Shown one piece after another: positions 51,290 to 64,000 of a DNA stretch of 64,000 bases. The position numbers and the translations under genes were made by a program. The stretch comes from Camelus ferus (lineage: Eukaryota). The notes beneath the pieces are model-generated. The model was given only the letters and a program-made list of their open reading frames with translations, made no database searches and was not told the origin of the DNA. The stretch spans positions 87,298,001 through 87,362,000 of the forward strand of contig NC_045696.1 in assembly GCF_009834535.1 (NCBI RefSeq). The letters run 5' to 3'. Position 1 is the first letter of the stretch. The number at the start of each line of letters is the position of its first letter.

Positions 51290-53730
51290 TACTATTTTTT
51301 TTCCTCTTCTTTTTTTATTAACAGAATTCTTGGAGTTATAACAGACACATAGCTTCTCAGCTATGTATTACATTCTCAAATTTCTTAGTAGTAACAAATT
51401 ACATGATAGGACTTTCAGGCCACTGGGATATGAGAATATGTGATATGTGAAACATCCTACAGACAGGCTGTTTGCCCTAGATTTTTTTCTCAGCCAACCC
51501 TGTTGTTTGAAAAGGTGTTAATTAGATCAGGTGCCTTTGCATAGGTAGAAGTCCTGTGTTCATGATAGAACAAACTATTTGATTCAAAGTTCACAGTCTA
51601 GGTCTGGGAACTGGCTCAAGTCTGGGAAGTGGGTAAGTCATAAAGTTTTCTCTGTTGACTTTAGTAAAAGAATCATCTATCTCAAGTCTAGGGTCTGCAT
51701 AGTCAATCAGCCACTACCGACAATCTCTGTGTGTCAAAATGTTCTAATTACTACCAGCCCTGCTGTCCATTACAATAACCATGCTCATCTACTTTCTGAT
51801 GGTTAAGTGATATCTAAATCCCTGGCATCCCATCATCCCACTGAAGTCTGAGAACTCGGTGCATCGATATTATCTGCACCTGTAATCTGGCTTGCAGACA
51901 AGAGCCAATAAATGTAGAGATTTTTCAACAATATTGATGCTTCCGAGAAAAATGCACTGCTTCAAGGTATTGGTGGAAAAAATGTGCCTGAATAATCTGA
52001 GGGGACATAGTTAAGGGATGAGAAAAAGTTCATATATAATAAACTTATATCTACACTTTTATCTCCTTAAATCTTTGAATTTCTTTTTTTTTTTTTTTTT
52101 TGAGTATTACAGGGGTATTCTGAAGGCTCAACTTTGTGTAACGTAGGCCACTTTGGAGCCCAGATTTCATTCAAGCAAGTGAGTAAAGCGTTAGTCACTT
52201 TTCTGTGCTCAAGATAATGGATTCAGTATTGTTAATGCACAGGATTTAATGCTCTGAATCTTTTTTGGTCATTGTATCCATATCAAAAGATTAAATTAAG
52301 CCAGATTCAACAATACATTTTTTCATCCCATCCTGCTCGGATGTGGTCTGCTGGGATTTACATCTAACTGAGTCCAAATGCAGGGAAAAGTAATGGGTAC
52401 AGGGACTGAAAACTGGCATCCACCTAAAAAGCCACTATCTTAGGTGAAATCATGATAGGGATGTTGGCAAGACTTAGCTAACCCCTTGAGTGGAGAGGAT
52501 TCTGTTACTTCTGCCAGCAAGAGAAGCTTAGAGGGGATAAAGGTCTTCACATGCATTAGCATCTACCCAGATGTCCACATTGTAATTCTAGGACCTGAGT
52601 CTCTCCTAATCAACACCGTAACTGTAACTTAAAAGACACGCTGAGGCTGTGAGTTAAAGTTACATATTAAAATTTAGCATACTGGAGGATCAAGCTTTTT
52701 TAGTTATCAGAAATTTTTGCCATCTCGCGTTAAGAAATTAGGTATTCTCTCAGGATAATTAGAAAAACTCTCCAGTTTTCTACTGGAGAGTTTTCCCAGA
52801 TTTAAGCTGGAAATTTTAAACCTGAAGCTTATTTTTTCTTCTCTCAAATTCTTCAGGGGTTTAACTGGTACCAATCCTAAACTCACAGTTCCCGTATTCT
52901 TATATTATTTATTTTCCCTATGTTCTAATTCAAGAACTAATAGGTCTCCCATAGCTTAGCCTTCTATAGGTACTTCATTGCAGGCATTTTCGTGTGCTAA
53001 TTCCAAAAAGGAGTTTTCTAGTGGATGCCATGGAATACCCGGATCTCACTAGAAGTGAATTTATCTTTGCCTTTGAAGTTAATCAGAATCGAGAACCAGT
53101 TATAGACTCTACTAATTGAGTTTCTATTTCCTGGAGCCACTTCTGGTATAAAATGCTGTGTTGGTTTGAGTGTGGTTAGGAAAACAAATATGATGAATTT
53201 TAGGAGAATTACAAGCTTACAACCATTGGGTTACTGAAAATCAGAAAGTTACAGTTGGTTTTCAAGAACTCTTGCTGCAGGTACAGCAAATCTTAAGAAC
53301 TTCTGGAAATTCCCACAGATTACTACAATGTTTGGTACCTGAGGTGCAGCACAAATCAGAGTGTAGATTTTCTAGAGGCACGACGGAGGCTTCTCAGGAC
53401 ATCACACACACAAACACACACACACACCCCTTTCTGCAATAGCCTCAGGAGAATAAGGACCTGTCTCTCTTCTACTTTGAGTCTCACAGGAGTGTCTCAT
53501 TGACAGACACTAGTGTAGAACTATACACTGAAGGAGCTTTGAGAGCAGGCAGTCCAGCACATAAGCTGACCAGCTGGGTCTCTGGATAAGCACGTGGAAA
53601 AGAGTGACTAAGTGCCAAAGTTGCCCACCTGATTTTGTAATCTTATGTAAGAGAGAAATAAACTTTCATCTTATTTTAACCATGATATTGCACTTCTTAA
53701 TTATAACAGCTTAGCATTTACACTAATAAA
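51290..53730 (+). mobile_element. MLT1J-like LTR split into two parts (~51290-51575 and ~53600-53730) by an ERVL insertion
   Basis: 5' part 'aacagaattc...ctcagctatgtattacatt...ggccactgggatatgag'; 3' part 'gagagaaataaactttcatcttattttaacca'. Confidence 0.55.
51580..53560 (-). mobile_element. ERVL provirus relic: 5' LTR (~53156-53560), degenerate PBS and gag-region internal sequence
   Basis: The reverse strand reads 'ttttataccagaagtggctc' (similar to ERVL tggtaccaggagtggttc) after the LTR. Gag-like 'ttgatatgg...agattc...ccaaagtggcctac...aagttgag' lies near 52130-52300. Confidence 0.6.
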
Positions 53731-54211
53731 AACATCATTTAATCATATAGTCTTTAAATATTTACTTTTATTAAACTACCTGATATTATATAAATTTGGC
53801 ATCGTTTTTTGTGAAGTTTTCTTAGATCCAATTACTTCCCACTTGCTTTTCTGAAATCTTCAGGCATGGGTTTGGGAGAGAAGGAGCATAGATCACTTTG
53901 CTATCTTATTCCTGCATTTATTGTTTTAGCTTTCTTGGATACCCTTAAGTCCTGCTGGCAGGAATATAAATCAGTTCATTGTTTCTGAAAATGAATTTAA
54001 CAATATGCATGAGAACCTTAGAAATGTACCATTATAAATACTGAGATCTTCATGAAAAGTATTATACAATGTATTTAATTCAGTATTATACAGTGTATTT
54101 AATTGTATGTATTATAATTATTTTAATTGTAATAATTAAAATTTAAAAATCACGTCCATTAGTTGGGTAGTTGTTAGTAATATTATAGAATATCTATTTG
54201 TTGTAACCATT

Positions 54212-54586
54212 TGTTATGGAATAAATTGTGTTCCCCCCAAATTGTGTGAAGTCTTGTGTGAAATATTGTATTTAGAGATAGAGTCTTAAGAAGGTAATTA
54301 AGGTTTAATAAGGTAATAAGGGTGGGGCTTTAATCTGTTAGGACTATTGTCCTTATAAAAACACCAGAGCTCACTTAATCTGTTTCCACGTGTGCCTGTA
54401 GGGAAAGGTCATTTGAGGACAGGAAGAAGGTGGCCATCTGAAAACCAGACAGACAGGCCTCACCAACAACCAACCCTGCTGGTACCTTGAGCACCCAGTC
54501 TCCTGAACTGTGAGAGGATAGATGTCTTTTACTTGAGCCATCTAATCTGTGGTACTTTGTTATGACAGCTCAGGCTGGTTAATACA
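54212..54586 (+). mobile_element. MaLR LTR (MLT1A0-like)
   Basis: TGTTATGG...TAATACA termini; 'ggtaattaagg', 'agaaggtggccatctg' and 'gaactgtgag'. Confidence 0.85.
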
Positions 54587-54630
54587 CTACTAAAATCAAG
54601 GTTTTAAGTAATATTTACCAACATGAAGTA

Positions 54631-55107
54631 AAGGCATTCCTCAGAGATGTTGTGGACTTGGTTCCAGACTACCACAATAAAGCAAGTATTGCAATAAAGT
54701 GTGTCATTTTTTTTAGCTTTCCTGTAAATATCAAAGTTATGTTTACACTATATGGTAGTCTATTAAGTATGAATAGCATTATATCTAAAAAACAATGTAC
54801 ATGCCTAAATTTAAAAATACTTTATTGCTAAAAAAAAATGCTCATCTCAGCCTTCAGTGAGCCATAGCAATAATATCAAAGACCACTGATCACAGATCAC
54901 TATAGCAAATATAATAATGAAAAAGTTTGAAATATTGTGAAAATTACCACAGTGTGACACAGAGACACATAGTGAGAGAGCAAATGATGTGGAAAAACAG
55001 CTCCAATAGCCTTGCTCAATGCAGGGCTGCCACAAACCTTCAATTTGTAAAAATGCAGTATCTGTGAAGCATAATGAAAGAAAGCCAAATAAAATGAGGT
55101 AGGCATG
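54631..55107 (-). mobile_element. Internally deleted Tigger1 (non-autonomous TcMar transposon)
   Basis: Degenerate TIRs AGGCATTCCTC and GAGGTAGGCATG, TA on both sides; both Tigger1 ends join near 54865. Confidence 0.88.
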
Positions 55108-56894
55108 TAAAAAAGGGAGAATAAAAATAGTATGTGTATGTATGTTTCACCATAATATTGAATATAGAAAAGTAAATACATATATACTTTTATACTGAAG
55201 ACAGACTGGAAAGAACTACCGTGAAATAAATGTGTTGAGGAAGATTTCATGAAAACCACTCTGGAGTCTTGTTCTCCAAAAGAGCTGCACATTGATGAGT
55301 TATGAGAATTTAGCTCCAGCCTGGCTGGCAGCATCTGCTCAGAGCACTCAAGTTAATTCTGTGCAATCTGTGGAAACTACATGTAACTATGCCTGTATGA
55401 AGCTAAGCTGGTTGAACCACCAGAGGGTGGAGGGAGAGTATGATGATGAAAGAATAAGAGATGCACTGTAAGTGATCACTGAGGGAGCAAAAATGATACG
55501 TGAATCTAAATTTAGATTATTTAAAAAGAGATGATGATAGAGTCTTTTATATTTAGAATGCCTCCAGTAGTAAACCTAAGATTTCTATCAGAACATGTTC
55601 TATTTTATATAGTTATTTAAATGTACAAATAAAGGAGAGCCTTGCCTGACTTCTTTGGTTATTCTATCATCTATCCAATTTTTGTCAATGTTAATTTAGT
55701 GTATGTTTAGAGTTTTATTTTGGAAGTCATTTTTTTAATCTCATTCATTTTAGTAATTCAGTTTTCAACTTTAAAATATGTGTAATTTACTTTTAAAAAA
55801 GAGTTTATGAAGTTAATTGGAAATACCACAGCCAATGGTGGGTATTTTGAAAAAACACATACACCACAAAGATGGTGTTGCAATGCTAACGAACACTGCA
55901 TTGTCCCTTCTTGTATCCAAAGCAGATACAATTATCTTCCCACACAAATATGTTGATACTAATCTCAGTCAGCTGACACTACTCTTGAGACCCATTGTCT
56001 GTCCTTCCAAGAATTTACACAGCACAAGTCTTACTCTCTTAGTTTCCAATGCTACTTAGCTAATCATTGAAGTCTAGTTTCTGATCTTGAAGTACAGGTC
56101 ATGACTTTAAATGAAGGAGTGCACAGAAGAGTTAAAGCATGCTCACCAGGCTTTTTTTGTTTGTTTGTTTGGTTATTGTACATGCTGTCAGAATTTTCTG
56201 TGGTGAATTGGCTCGTGGTTAGAAAGCAAATAATGGGGTTTTTGTTGTTGTTTTTGTTTTGCTATTGTTCTTTTCTTGTTTGTTAAAGACAGAAGGGAAC
56301 TACTATTTCCTCCAGGAAGTAAAAGAGAAGGACTAGAAAGTATGGAACTATTAAAGTCCCTTTTTTCTCTACACTTGGCTCTGTTTCATTTAGGAAGCTT
56401 GTAGGTGAACATAGCAAGTTGATTTTGCAATTTAAATAATACACTCGCATAAGTGTCCCTTTCAGGTTCTTACGCATATTTGTGTCTTAAAAGAAGTGCC
56501 TTAATATTTTCAAAGAGTTGCCTTGCAATTACTTATTTCCAGGTACTTCTGAAAGGGATCTTTTGCTGTGTATGTGAAAACCTACTTTGTATGTGAAAGT
56601 AGAATAACTGAAAATCAAGACTGAATGAATGAAGAATTCAGTCATGGTCTTGGAAGATTTGCTCTTTCTGTTATGTGATATTTGATATGTTGTTCACATT
56701 GCAACCAGGTAGGATATCTTACATAAGGACTAATAAAATACTTGTATTATGAAAATCAATGTATAGGGAACTGTATCCTAAAGAAAAAATATGAAAATAA
56801 TCCTCTAACCTAAATGTGCCATGTATGTTTAATGAAAATGAGTTTAATGTTTATTATCTAACCACAGCAAGAAGCACCAACCAATGAAAATATT

Positions 56895-59800
56895 AGAGAA
56901 ATGATGTCACCAAAATGGTGACATAGGTCATTCCTGACTTTGTTCCCCATCACAAGTGGAACAACTAATAACCATTCATGAACAAGACATCACTGAGAAA
57001 ATCCTATAACAAGAGGGTGAGGCTGGAGCATCCTCTAGTACCTCAGAGATCAAGACAGACTGCATTAGAAGGGTAAAGGAGTGGCAACATGCTGACAAAA
57101 TTGGCCCTTCCCTAGCCTAGAGCAGCACTATATGGACTGATCTCCCTGAGCCTACAGTTACTCCAGTGAGAGAATAGAGGACTCAAGCTGGACAGGCAGC
57201 TCCTAAGCACTGTGAGTCCCTTTTTGGGAGCCCCTAATCCAGACTCACCCCACAGGGTTTGTGGGGGAATCTGCAGGGCTGATCATTGGGAATTAGATTG
57301 TGAAGGAGAGGTGGAGAGGGCTTGCAACAACCAGCACTTGGATTTTGGCAGACTGAGTTTATACCTGCAGTGCCCACGTAGTAGTCTCAACCAGCAACTT
57401 TGCTCATCTGCAAAGCCAAGACAGTGGTGCAAGTTGACCAGGGAACTCAGCAGGGTGCGGGTTTGCCTGCTTTGGGTCCTCAATGAAGAACCTAACTGGT
57501 CTGGAGCCTGGAGTCTTCCCTTACGCAGGCAGCGTAGCTAATTCATAGCCACTCCCACTGCTAAGTATATCCTTAAGCCATGCCTGACCAGAGAACCTGG
57601 CCAGAACACCTACAAGCTGCATAGCACAGCAACATTCAAGCAGAAAGTCTGGCAGATAGATCTGATTATCCAGAGAAAATCCAGTGGTTCAGTCAGGGAA
57701 CCTGGGGAGTAGGTAGGCTTGAGTCAAAACCACAAAAAAAAGAGCCTTGCCAGTCTTGGGGTCTGTTCTCAAACTCAGCCTGGGTAGGAGACTAACTTGT
57801 CGTCCTGCCCATTGCTGAACTGGATACCACACCAGAACACACAAGAAGCTGTGTAGCTCACCAACAGCCCTGCATACAGGGGCACTTGAACAGAGAACAC
57901 AGTCTATGGTTTAACTCATCTGCAGAACAAAACAGGTGGCACCTTCTGACTAGTGAATTTAGTACACAGTCTTGCCTGATTCATGTTTTCAAACAATGAG
58001 CCATGCAGGCACTAGGACACTTTCTACTACCCTAACAAAGCAAGGGAGCTAATTCAAAGCCCTGCCTACTGCTGACTATAATACTCAATACTGACCATCT
58101 GGGAAGCCTGACTAGAGAACCCAGACAACTATGGAATCTCTCTTGCAGCCTCATATGGGCAGGGAATCAAGTCAGTGGTCCTATCCAACTGTTCTAAGTC
58201 TGTGGTACCTCCCTATCAAACCTCAGAGGTCAGGCAGCGGCCTCAGCCAAAAATAGACCCTGATAGCAAGCCCACCTGCCCAAGGACATCACAGTAAGTG
58301 TATCCTGAAAGAGATATCCTCCAGACTGAGTGGACAAGTGAAGAACTACCTCTGCCAATGTGAACTTATAAAGTCTGAAAAAAAGAGAGTTCTTACTCAA
58401 ATGAGTAGATATTAAAGTAATGACAGGGTAACAAAAACTAGGTAAACATTGCACCAAAGGAAACTATTAAATCTCCTATAAGTAACACTAAAGAAATAAA
58501 GATATATACACTGTCAAAAATTTAGCATAATCTTCTTAAAGTTTAGTGAACCATAAGAACACACAAACAACTAAATGAAATTAGGAAAGCAACTCATGAA
58601 TAAATTGAGTTCAACAAAGAAACTGAAATCCTAAAAAACCCACAGAAATCCTAGAGTTGAAAAATGCAATAATAAACTGAAGAATTCAAAAGAGATCTTC
58701 AAAAGCAGACTTGAAATGTAGAAGAAAAAAAAATCAGTTACCTAGAAGACAAGGCATTTGAAATTACCAGTCAGAAGTGCAAAAAGAAAAAAAAAAAATT
58801 TAAAAAGAGTGAAGAAAGCCTTATAGGACCCAACCAAAAGAAATAATATCTGCTTTATGGATCATCCGGGAGAAAAGAAAGAGAAGGATAGAAAGTATAT
58901 TTAAAGCAATAGCAGCTAAAAACTTCCCAAACCTGAGGAGAGAAATGGACATCTAGATATACGAGACCCAAAGGCTCCAAATAGGTTGATTCCAAATAGA
59001 TCAACACTGAGACACATTTGAATTAAACTATTAAAAGTCAAAGACAAAGAAAGAACATGGAAGCAACAAGAGGAAAGAGAGAAATTACACAGAAGGGAAC
59101 ACCCATAAGACTTTAAGTAGATTTCTCAACAGAGACTTTTCAGGCCAGGAGAGAATGGCATTATGTATTCAAAACATTAAAAGAAAAAAAAAAAACCAAA
59201 ATTCTATACCCAATAAGCTGTCCTTGAGATAAAAGGGAGATAAGGATTTGCCTGAAAAAACAAAAGCTGAGGGAATTCATCACCACCAGACCTGCCTGAC
59301 AAGAAATGTTAAAGCAAGCTCTTTGAGAAGAAGTAAGAGGATGTTAATTAAATCATAGGAGAAAGAAGGTAGTATAAAACTCACCGGTAATGGTAAATAT
59401 ATTGTTAAATAAATAAATAGGTATATAAAAGCCAAAAATCAACTGTAGTAAAAATAACATAACTATAATGATATATTATTGGGCACAAAATGTAAAATAA
59501 TTAAAGTATAGCATTAATAACCTAAATGTGAGAGGGAGGAGAAATAAAAGTGTAAAGTTTAGAAATTCTATTGAAGTTTTCAGTTTAAAATAGGCTGTAA
59601 TAAGTTTAGATATTTTGGGTAAACCTCATGGCAACCACAAGAAAAACCTATAGTAACTATACAAAAGAAAATTATAAAGTATTCTGATACACAAAGACAT
59701 GATAACACACAAATAAAGGACATAAAGATAAGAAGCAAGGGACAATAGATCTATAAAACACCCAGAAACAATAAATACTTACCTATCAATAGTTGCATTA

Positions 59801-62800
59801 AATATAAATAGATTAAATTCTCCAATCAAAACATATAAAAAAATGATATAGGACAAATGAATGGATAAAAAAAAATCTCTGTATGTGCTTCCTAAAAGAG
59901 CCTCACTTTAGCTATAAAGATACACATAGAGTGAAAAGATGAAACAAGAAAAGATGAAATATTTTCTGTGATAGATTCTATGTTAGGCCAGGAAACTAAT
60001 CTTAGCATATTCAAGATTGAAATCATACCAAATATCTTCTCTGACCACAATAGTATGAAACTAAAAATCAGTAATAGGAGGAAAAAATGGAAAACTCAGT
60101 AATACATAGATATTAGATAATTCTCCTCTGGAAACTAATGGGCCAAAGAAGAAATTAAAGGGGAGATTAAACAGTGTCTTGAGACAAATGAAAATAGTAA
60201 CACAACACTCCAAAACTTATGAGATACAGTGAAAGTAGTTCAAAGAGGAGAAGTTCACAGTTATAAATGCCTACACTGAGAAATAGGGGACATCTCAAAT
60301 AAACCTAACTCTATGCCTCCAGAAACTAGAAAAAGAAGAACAAAATGAGCCCAAAATTAGAAGGAAAAAAAAAAACAATAAAAATTAGAGCAGAAATAAG
60401 AGAAATAGAGAACAGAAAAACATTATAAAAGATTAACCAAACTAAGAGTTGGTTCTTTGACAAAAGGAAATTGACAAACTTAACTAGACTAAACAAGGAA
60501 AAAAATAAGAGGACTCAAATCAAAAAAAAATTATCAATGAAAAAGGAGCCATTGCAACTGATAGTACAGAAATACAAATGATCCTAAGAGGCTACTGTGA
60601 CCAAATGCAGATCAACAAATTGGACAACCTACAAGAAATATAAAAGTTCTTACAAAGATGCAGTATGCCAAGACTGAATCAGGAAGAAATAGACAAAATG
60701 TAAACAGACTAAATTACCAGTTAGGAGATTTAACTGGTAATCAAAATTTCCCCAACAAACAAAAGTCCAGAGCCAGCTTCACTGGTGAATGCCACCAAAC
60801 ATTTGTAGAGAAATTAACACTAATATTCTCAACCCAATCCAAAATATCAAAGAGGAGAGAACATTCCCAAACTCATTTTACTAGGCTAGCACAAAAGAAA
60901 AGAAAACTTATTCCTGATGAATATAGATGCGAAAATTCTCAATAAAATACTAGCAACCTAAATTTAGCAATATACTAAGAGGGTCATTTGCCATCAACAA
61001 GTGGGATTTATCCCTGGATACATGGATGGTTCAAAACTCACATATCAATAAATGTGTTATTTCACATTAATAAAAGAAAAAACTCAAATGATTATCTCAA
61101 TAGATGGAGAAAAAAATATGACAAAATGCAGTATCTGTTTCTGATAAAAACCTCTTAACAAATTAGGTATAGATGGATTGTATCTCAATATAACAAAAGC
61201 CATATATGGTAAGCCCATAGCTAACATACTGAATGGTGAAAGGCTGAAAGATTTTCCACTAAGGATAAGACAAAAGGCACCCTCTTTCACTACTCCTGTT
61301 CAGCCTATTAGTGAAAGTCATAGCCAGAACAATCAGGAAAAAAGAAAGAAAAGGCATCAGAATTGAAAAGGGAAAAGAAAAATAATGCTATTTGTAGATG
61401 GCATGATTTTATATAAGAAAATCTTAAAGACTTCACTAAAAAAACTATTGAATATAATCTGAATTTAGTAAAACTGGAGGCTAAAAAATTAACATAAAAA
61501 AATCAGTAGGCATTTCTGTACACTAACAACAAATTACCTAAAAAAGAAGCAAATAAAAAAATTTCCTATGTACAATAGCATCAAAAACAATGAAATACTT
61601 AGGAATAAATTTAACAAAGGAGGTGAATGATTGCTATGTGAAAAACTAAGATATTGATCAAAGAAACTGAATATGACACAAATAAATGAAAAGATACCCA
61701 TTTTCATGGATTAGAAAAATTACTATTGTTAAAATAACCATGCTACCCAAAGCAACCTATAGATTCAATGCAATCCCTACCAAAATCCAATGTCAGTTAT
61801 TGCAGAAGCAGACCAAAAAAATCTAAAATTTATATGGAACCACAAAAGACCCAGAATAGCCAGCCAAGCATTCTTGAGAAAGAATAGAATGAGAAGGATC
61901 ATGCTTCCTGGTTTCAAGTTATATTAGTATAAAGGTATAGTAATTAAAACAGTATGACACTGGTATAAAAACTAACACATAGAACGTAATGATAGTCCAG
62001 AAATAAACCAATATGTATACGGTCAAATAATATTTGACAAGGGAGTCTAGAATACTCAGTAAAGACAGACTCTTCAATAAATGGTGCTGGAAATAACTGG
62101 ATCTTCACATGTAAAAGAATGAAATTAGATTCCTATCTTATACCACTCACAAAATGAATTCAAGACAAATATAACATTGTAAACCATGTTAACTCCTAGA
62201 AGAAAACATAGATAAAAAGGATTCTTGACATGGGTCCTGGCAATTATTATTATTTTTTTTTTACATATGACACCTAAAAGCACAGCAACAAAACAAAAAA
62301 CAAACAAGTGGGACTACATCCAAATAAAAAGCTTCTGCTCAGCAAAAGAATCAACAAAATGAAAACTCATACAACTTCATGCAAAAAATAAAATAATCCA
62401 GTGAAAAAGTGGGCAAGGACCTGATTAGACATTTTTCCAAAGAAGATACACAAATGGCCAACAGGTACATGAAAATGTATTCAATATCACTATTCATTAG
62501 GAAAATGCAAATCAAAACCACAATGAGATATCTCCTCGTATCTGTTAGAATGACTATCACCAAAAAGACAAGAGATTTCAAATGCTATGAAGAATGTGGA
62601 GAAAACAATGCTGATGCGCTGTTATTGGGACTGTACGTTGGTATAGCCACTATGGAGAACAGTATGGTGGTTCTTCAAAAAAATTAAAAACAGTACTACC
62701 ATATGATAAGCCATTTCACTTCTGGGAAATATATGCAAAGGAAATGAAAATACTATGAAAAGGAGATATCTGTACCTGCCTGTTCACAGTAGCATTAGTT

Positions 62801-63385
62801 TTTCAGTCTCTCATTCTATTTACATACACACACACATACACACAAGATGGAATACTATTCAGCCATAGAAAGGAAACCTGCCCTTTGTGAAAATATGAAT
62901 AAACCTTGAGTATTATGCTGACATAAGTCAGAGTAAAAGAAATACTGTACGACCTCACTTACATGTGCAAAAAACCCAAATGAAAAAACCTAGATAACAA
63001 AAAAACCCAAAACAAAACAAAACCTAACTCATTGAAAAACAGATCAGACTTGTGTTTACCAGAGGTGAGGGTGGTGGGTAGGAAAATTAAATGAAGTTGG
63101 TCAAAAAGTATAAACTTCCGGTTATAAGATACATAAACACTAGGCATGTAATATACATCATCATGACTCTAGGTAGCATGGCTACACAGTATATTTCAAA
63201 GTTGTGGAGAGTAGATCCTGAGTCCTCATCACAAGGAAAAAACCTTTTTTTTGTCTATATGAGATGATGGATGTTAAACATATCATGGTAATCGTTTCAC
63301 AATATATGTAATTCAAATCATTATGCTGTACACCTTAAACTTGTACAGTGCCATATATCAGTTATATCTCAATAAAACTAATAAA
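56895..63385 (+). mobile_element. Near full-length older LINE-1 (L1MA9-like 3' end), heavily degenerate with internal deletions
   Basis: 5' 'caaaatggtgacatagg'; ORF1 relic ~58400-59340 ('aaaacttcccaaacctg'); ORF2 relic ~59780-62980; 3'UTR ending 'ttatatctcaataaaact'. Confidence 0.92.
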
Positions 63386-64000
63386 AATACTAATGAGTAT
63401 GTATCAAACGACAAAAGAACTAAATGGGTACTACATCACATTCATTTCAAATCTTTCATGTTATTTTTTTCATATGAGTTTCTCATATGAGTAAAGAACC
63501 TGAAGATTTTACAGAATTGACCAAAACAGATTTATAGAGATTAAGTCCAGTGTTCTCAAGCATCATTTTAAAGGACTCTGTCTTCATAACTGATTTATAT
63601 GGTGACTGAAGTTCTGATTATAGGGAGCTAATGAATTGGACAGTGACTATCTCTTCTAACCCTTGAGACAGCTGCTTTCATACCCAATAAAATTCTGCCT
63701 GGCCGAAACAAACGCTTGGAAATCCACGTAACTACTGTGACTGCCATACAAATGGGGTATTTCTGTTATGTCCTCTTGCTTTAAATGTGGCAAAAGCCAT
63801 CATGTGAATGAATATGCCAACACTCCAAACTGAGTATTGTTTTATCAGTCTATATATAGGCACTTTTGAGAATACAATAGAAATTATAAAACCATTTGAT
63901 TACCCTCCAAGGTGTTTGCGAAAAATAAGATAAACTTTACGAAAATATAACTAGGCCAACTATTTGAAAATACATATGTTATGAGTTGGTCTCCTCAGAA

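Noticed and set aside
54058..54105. 24 bp tandem duplication
   Set aside because: Common local slippage with no further structure.
54900..55334. 144 aa minus-strand ORF
   Set aside because: It runs from flank DNA into the non-coding Tigger1 end and has no transposase motifs.
1..64000. CRISPR arrays, operons, tRNA/rRNA genes or an intact retroelement
   Set aside because: No regularly spaced repeats or RNA-gene signatures were seen; the DNA is mammalian and every L1/ERV reading frame is disrupted.

Overview
This is AT-rich mammalian intergenic or deep-intronic DNA, made almost entirely of transposable-element relics. The L1 3' ends look cetartiodactyl and possibly camelid (inference); I saw no ruminant, pig, whale or primate SINEs. 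I recognise no host protein-coding exon, RNA gene or prokaryotic system. The main content is two full-length but inactivated LINE-1s (about 3.5-10.5 kb and 56.9-63.4 kb), several truncated L1s (three with twin-priming 5' inversions), old L1MB/MC/MD/ME-type fragments, ERVL internal relics including a pol RNaseH-integrase piece, many MaLR/ERVL LTRs, Tigger/MER DNA transposons, MIR and L2. The best observation is a ~1.17 kb tract that is near-identical between two otherwise clearly diverged, same-orientation L1 copies 13.4 kb apart. The tract shares ORF2-disabling indels, which points to non-allelic gene conversion. Repeat subfamily names come from remembered consensus motifs, not a database search. 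Boundaries of old repeats are approximate. I found no evidence of a new biological system.
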